In this document: positions 57,576 through 61,418 of the stretch, one piece after another
How the letters are laid out: the number at the start of each line of letters is the position of its first letter
Numbering within the stretch: position 1 is the stretch's first letter
Virus record (IMG/VR): IMGVR_UViG_3300034110_000167
Coordinates: 1 to 61,418 of that record
DNA length: 61,418 nucleotides
Direction: 5' to 3' (one strand)
DNA from: a virus
Lineage: Duplodnaviria; Caudoviricetes
Translations under genes and position numbers: made by a program
Notes under the pieces: model-generated
What the model was told of the DNA's origin: nothing
What the model saw: only the letters and a program-made list of their open reading frames with translations
Database searches by the model: none

Positions 57576-57889
57576 GGTATTATCCTTGGTTGACTGGTTA
57601 TGGACGGATTGTCCCCATAGAATACTCAGAGAATATTCTATAGGTACAGAACCTTAATGGCAGTAATGTACATCCACCAGTGTTGGTAGGTATTGAGTGA
57701 GGTTTTGTTTGTCAGTTGTTTTAAACAACAGACGACCAGTACGTTTAGAGTAGACGTAGTACATTAGAAGTCCTCCTGAGAAACAAACAAGATACAACCT
57801 GCCATTATCCCTGACATTAGACCAACATAGGCCATAGGCCACAGACCGAAGAATAGTACCAGTATTACAGAGGAAACACTGATACCAGT

Positions 57890-58440
57890 GAGAAGGGCAA
57901 GCAAGAGAGGTGTGAACATAGTAGTCCTAGGTAACAGAGCAAAGACGCTCTCGGAAGGCACCACAGAGGAGCCAACCGGGAAAGCCCTTAGAAGGGGAGC
58001 AAGTCATCCGAAGCACGGACAGGGAAGAACCGAGACAACCAAGCCACAGAGCTTTCGACCCAAGCAGGAGGCCAACCAGACAACAGCACAACGTCACTGT
58101 AGTACGGAACAGCAACCCAGTCACGAGCAACAACACAGCCCCACAGCAGAGACCAAGCACGAGGACCACCGAAGGACCACACCAAGACAGAAGCAACAAA
58201 CGAAGCAAACATACCAACCCCAAAGAGCGCAGACAAGGAAGCCGACAGCACCGCGCCAAGCACAGCCGACAGGAAGGACGGGACCGCCGCAGACAACGCA
58301 GCCCACAGAAACGAGGGGGGCCACGGAACCAGAACGGGGGAACCCAAACAAACACACATCTTTTTCTCACACACAAAGAAAGAGATACCCACAGACAAAT
58401 ACCCAAACCAAAACTCCCAAAATAAAACAAGGGGTACCCT
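57890..58440. other. Non-coding, strand-skewed (T-depleted on +) region between the divergent arms; probable physical genome end
   Basis: Only one T in 58122..58358; iterated short motifs; lies between the first early genes and terL. Confidence 0.7.
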
Positions 58441-58538
58441 AAAACAATTTCCAATTACATCTCGCCAATAAAATATCACAATTATATTCTCCATAAAATA
58501 GTAATCTAAATATTACTCTTCCAATACGTAATATAAGG

Positions 58539-58555
58539 TAGTCGGTTCCTAATAG
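58539..58555 (+). promoter_or_regulatory. Putative phage RNAP promoter for the late arm
   Basis: TAGTCGGTTCCTAATAG upstream of terL. Confidence 0.75.
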
Positions 58556-58598
58556 GAAAATAATACACTTAGAGTAGTGTTAAATAAGGACACATACA

Positions 58599-60242
58599 TT
58601 GACAGTAACTAACAAACAAAAATTAGAAGCCCTGAGAGAGCTGCAGAAAAGACAAAAGTTAGCTCAATATCAAACTAACTTTGAGCTATTTGCAAAAGAA
58701 CAAATCAAAATTTTACCCAAAGACAGCTCTCAGGGATTTAAATACTTTGAGTTTAATGAAGCTCAAAAAATTGTTAACAATAAAATTGAAGAACAATTAG
58801 CGGAGACTGGAAGAGTACGTGCTATTATTCTTAAGGCCCGACAAATGGGTTTAAGTACGTATACTACAGCTAGGGTTTTCTGGAAATCCTATTTTAATGC
58901 TTACAACAAATCAGTTGTTATGGCTCATGATGCAGCTACCTCTGATGCCTTGTTTAGTATGTCCAGAAATACTATTTCAAACATGGACCCAACATTCAGA
59001 CCTGCATTTAAGAAATCTAACGCCAAAGAAATTATGTTTGAACATAATGATTCGGGTTACAGACTATACACGGCGGGTGCCCCTGAAGCGGGTAGAGGTA
59101 CAACACCTACTATTGCACACTTATCTGAAGTTGCCTTCTGGACACATGATGAGAAAATTCTTGCTGGTTTATTTCAGGGTATTTCTCAGGCTAAAGGTAC
59201 CGAAGTAATTCTAGAGAGTACAGCTAACGGTGTGGGTAACGCTTTTCACAGATTGTGGAAGGGAGCTGTTGCCGGTGAAAACGAATACATTGCTATTTTC
59301 GTACCATGGTTTCTGATGACAGAATACCGGAGAGAAATTCCTTCAAAAATTACTTTTGAAAGAACTACCGAAGAAGAGGTACTGGTCACAAGGTTTAACC
59401 TAGACAACGAACAACTGTATTGGAGACGATTAAAGATAGCTGAGGGAGGCTTAGATAAATTTAAGCAAGAGTATCCGGCTACACCTGAAGAAGCATTTAT
59501 TGTTTCAGGTTCTAACGTATTTAATATTGAGAAGTTATCACAATTAATTCCTCAGCCAATACTAAAGCAAATGGAGTTTAGTTTTGAATCAATGATGATG
59601 GAAGAAAAACCAAGGGGTTCAATAGAAATTTTTAAGTTTCCTACCTTTGAAGATTCTTTTGTTGTTGGCGCTGACGTTGCCTTAGGGGTAGGTAAAGACT
59701 ATTCCACGGCTGTAGTTATGAATAATAAAAGAGAAGTTTGTGCTGTATACAGAAACAACACAATAGATCCTTCTCAGTTTGGTGATCTTTTATTTTATCT
59801 GGGAAGATACTACAATAATGCCCTCTTAGCTGTTGAGTCTAATTCAATGGGTATAGCAACATTAAACCGACTAACTCAAATGGGTTATGTCAATATGTAC
59901 TATCAAACTAAGATGGCTAATGTGTCCAAAGAAGAAGGTACACGTATTGGTTGGAGAACTACTTCTGCTTCTAAACCTGCAATAATTGGCTTCTTAAAGA
60001 ATGCTATTGAGCAGGAAGATATTTGGATCCCTTCAAGAATTATTATTGGGGAGTTAATGAATTATGTGGCAGATGATTCTGGAAAGACTAATGCTATTAT
60101 TGGCCATAATGATGACACTGTTATTGCTTTGGCCATTGCCCTAGAAGTAATAAGAACTCATGGTGATAAATTAACAACTAACAATGTACCTTTTTCACAA
60201 AGAATGGGGTCATTCCAACAAATAGAAAGTACTTGGCTATGA
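58599..60242 (+). CDS. terL: Terminase large subunit (TTG start)
   Basis: ILKARQMGLST (Walker A), AHLSEVAFW, ESTANG, GADVALG, HNDDTVIALAIA; AAGGA RBS. Confidence 0.95.
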   Translation: MTVTNKQKLEALRELQKRQKLAQYQTNFELFAKEQIKILPKDSSQGFKYFEFNEAQKIVNNKIEEQLAETGRVRAIILKARQMGLSTYTTARVFWKSYFNAYNKSVVMAHDAATSDALFSMSRNTISNMDPTFRPAFKKSNAKEIMFEHNDSGYRLYTAGAPEAGRGTTPTIAHLSEVAFWTHDEKILAGLFQGISQAKGTEVILESTANGVGNAFHRLWKGAVAGENEYIAIFVPWFLMTEYRREIPSKITFERTTEEEVLVTRFNLDNEQLYWRRLKIAEGGLDKFKQEYPATPEEAFIVSGSNVFNIEKLSQLIPQPILKQMEFSFESMMMEEKPRGSIEIFKFPTFEDSFVVGADVALGVGKDYSTAVVMNNKREVCAVYRNNTIDPSQFGDLLFYLGRYYNNALLAVESNSMGIATLNRLTQMGYVNMYYQTKMANVSKEEGTRIGWRTTSASKPAIIGFLKNAIEQEDIWIPSRIIIGELMNYVADDSGKTNAIIGHNDDTVIALAIALEVIRTHGDKLTTNNVPFSQRMGSFQQIESTWL

Positions 60243-60382
60243 CAGCTTTTTACAACGACAAACAACAAACACAAGATATGAAGAAGTTTTTGAAACCTTC
60301 TACTCCTGTGAAACAATTAAACCCCAAAGAAAAAGTAGGAGATAAAAGCGGTCGTACGCTACCTATTCGAGGGCAGGGTTAA
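60239..60382 (+). CDS. Small basic hypothetical protein (47 aa; absent from the ORF track)
   Basis: ATGA overlap with the terL stop; MTAFYNDKQ...PIRGQG. Confidence 0.5.
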   Translation: MTAFYNDKQQTQDMKKFLKPSTPVKQLNPKEKVGDKSGRTLPIRGQG

Positions 60383-60520
60383 ATTTGTCCTATGTGTCCT
60401 AACTCGGGGCGACTGGCGGGTGGACGTCCAGAAGATTAATAATAAGAGATAGCTTTAGCTATCGCTAAACCTAAGCCATTGTAGGCTTTGATTGAATGAA
60501 TGAACCAAGAAAGGTTTACA

Positions 60521-61418
60521 ATGACAGATAGATATAAAGAAGCAGTAGGGGATGAAGAACTTATTGCAATGATTGAGCAGGGTGTAATGAACTCTGTTGG
60601 TGACTTTTTGAATAGTGCTGACTTAGCACGAGAAAGACAAAAAGCCACATATGAATATGGTATGATGCCTCAGTTCCACCTGTCTCCACAAGGTGTTTCT
60701 CAGATTGTATCTTCAGATACGGTAGAGGCTATTGAAGGTTATACTGCTATTCTTGCTGAACTAATGTTCAACAATAACAGACTAGCTCGTTTTATTCCCG
60801 CTGGACAATCCCCAAGAGATTTTCATGAAGCTAAAGTAGCTTCTGACTTAGTTAACTATACTATTTTTAAACAGAACGCTGGTTGGGAAATCCTAAATAC
60901 ATGGGTTAAATCCGCTTTGCTATGGAAGAATAGTATTGTTCGTTGGGAATTTATTGAAGACTATGAGTACTCCTTTGAAGAGTACAGCTCTATTGACCAA
61001 GAGAATTTAGATATTATCCTTGCTGACCCTGATGTAGAAGTTACCGGGGAATTAGAGTACGAACAAGAACTGCGTACAGGTGAAGATGGTAATTCTTTTT
61101 ATGCTATGGTGTACAAAGATGTTCGGCTTAAAAAGAAGAATAATAAAACACGTATTAACATTAAGAACGTACACCCAGAAGCTTTCCGGATTACCCGTGA
61201 CGCACACACATTAGATGACGCCGCGTTTGTGGGTATTCAAATTGACATGACTCGTTCTGAAATCCGAAAGTATTTCCCTGATATTGCCGATAATATTGAT
61301 TGGGATAATATTGGCGATGGTTCTGCTGATTGGGCAACCAAGTACACGGAAGAACAAGCTGCCCGTAAAGCTTTAGTCGGTCAAGAATACTGGATTGGCG
61401 GTAATGCCCGTGAGGTAT
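60521..61418 (+). CDS. Portal protein, N-terminal part (continues across the junction to 1550; about 740 aa in total)
   Basis: ATG at 60521 after AAAGG; MTDRYKEAVGDEELIAMIEQG...SQIVSSDTVEAIEG...ALLWKNSIVRW; in frame with ORF 36..1550 through the overlap; lies downstream of terL. Confidence 0.88.
   Translation, partial: MTDRYKEAVGDEELIAMIEQGVMNSVGDFLNSADLARERQKATYEYGMMPQFHLSPQGVSQIVSSDTVEAIEGYTAILAELMFNNNRLARFIPAGQSPRDFHEAKVASDLVNYTIFKQNAGWEILNTWVKSALLWKNSIVRWEFIEDYEYSFEEYSSIDQENLDIILADPDVEVTGELEYEQELRTGEDGNSFYAMVYKDVRLKKKNNKTRINIKNVHPEAFRITRDAHTLDDAAFVGIQIDMTRSEIRKYFPDIADNIDWDNIGDGSADWATKYTEEQAARKALVGQEYWIGGNAREV
61194..61418. repeat. Terminal overlap, copy 2 (matches 1..225)
   Basis: Direct sequence comparison. 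Confidence 0.97.

Noticed and set aside
57888-58494. Long overlapping ORFs on both strands (184, 175, 168 and 78 aa)
   Set aside because: They arise because the T-less/A-less skew removes stop codons; low-complexity composition and no RBS
58481-58510. Sigma70 early promoter (minus-strand TATAAT at 58486..58481)
   Set aside because: Poor -35 and no extended -10, in an AT-rich context where TATAAT can occur by chance
1-61418. CRISPR array, integrase/lysogeny module, DGR or stop-codon reassignment
   Set aside because: No regular repeat-spacer array, recombinase, repressor or reverse transcriptase seen; core genes are intact in the standard code and there is no suppressor tRNA

Overview
This window is an apparently complete ~61.2 kb lytic podovirus-like phage genome. 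It is circularly permuted: a 225-bp terminal overlap cuts through the portal gene. There are two convergent arms. The + arm (58599 -> wrap -> 29494) carries terminase, portal, scaffold, a DUF5309/SU10-type major capsid, tail and fibre genes, lysis genes, PhoH and the ejection proteins. The - arm (~57600 -> 29546) carries small early genes, RNA ligase, SSB, nucleotide-metabolism genes, DNA ligase, family A DNA polymerase, exonuclease, primase-helicase, a T7-like RNA polymerase, class Ia RNR, six tRNA genes and Dps. The arms meet at a bidirectional terminator near 29500. The most striking feature is a two-RNA-polymerase system. Besides the 735-aa T7-like RNAP, the last ejection protein (1264 aa, no Cys seen) carries the catalytic motifs of a second, highly divergent single-subunit RNAP. 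It looks like a compact N4-style virion RNAP in a phage that is otherwise not N4-like. Next to it lie an ejection protein with a thermonuclease (SNase)-like domain and one with a duplicated lysozyme-like domain. Other notable signals are an 8-copy 17-bp phage promoter motif (TAGCCGGTACCTAATAG), a 237-nt stretch with a single T on the + strand at the likely physical genome end, co-substituted steric-gate residues in the DNA polymerase, and a non-canonical CAU tRNA. All calls come from motif recognition by eye; no database searches were run.
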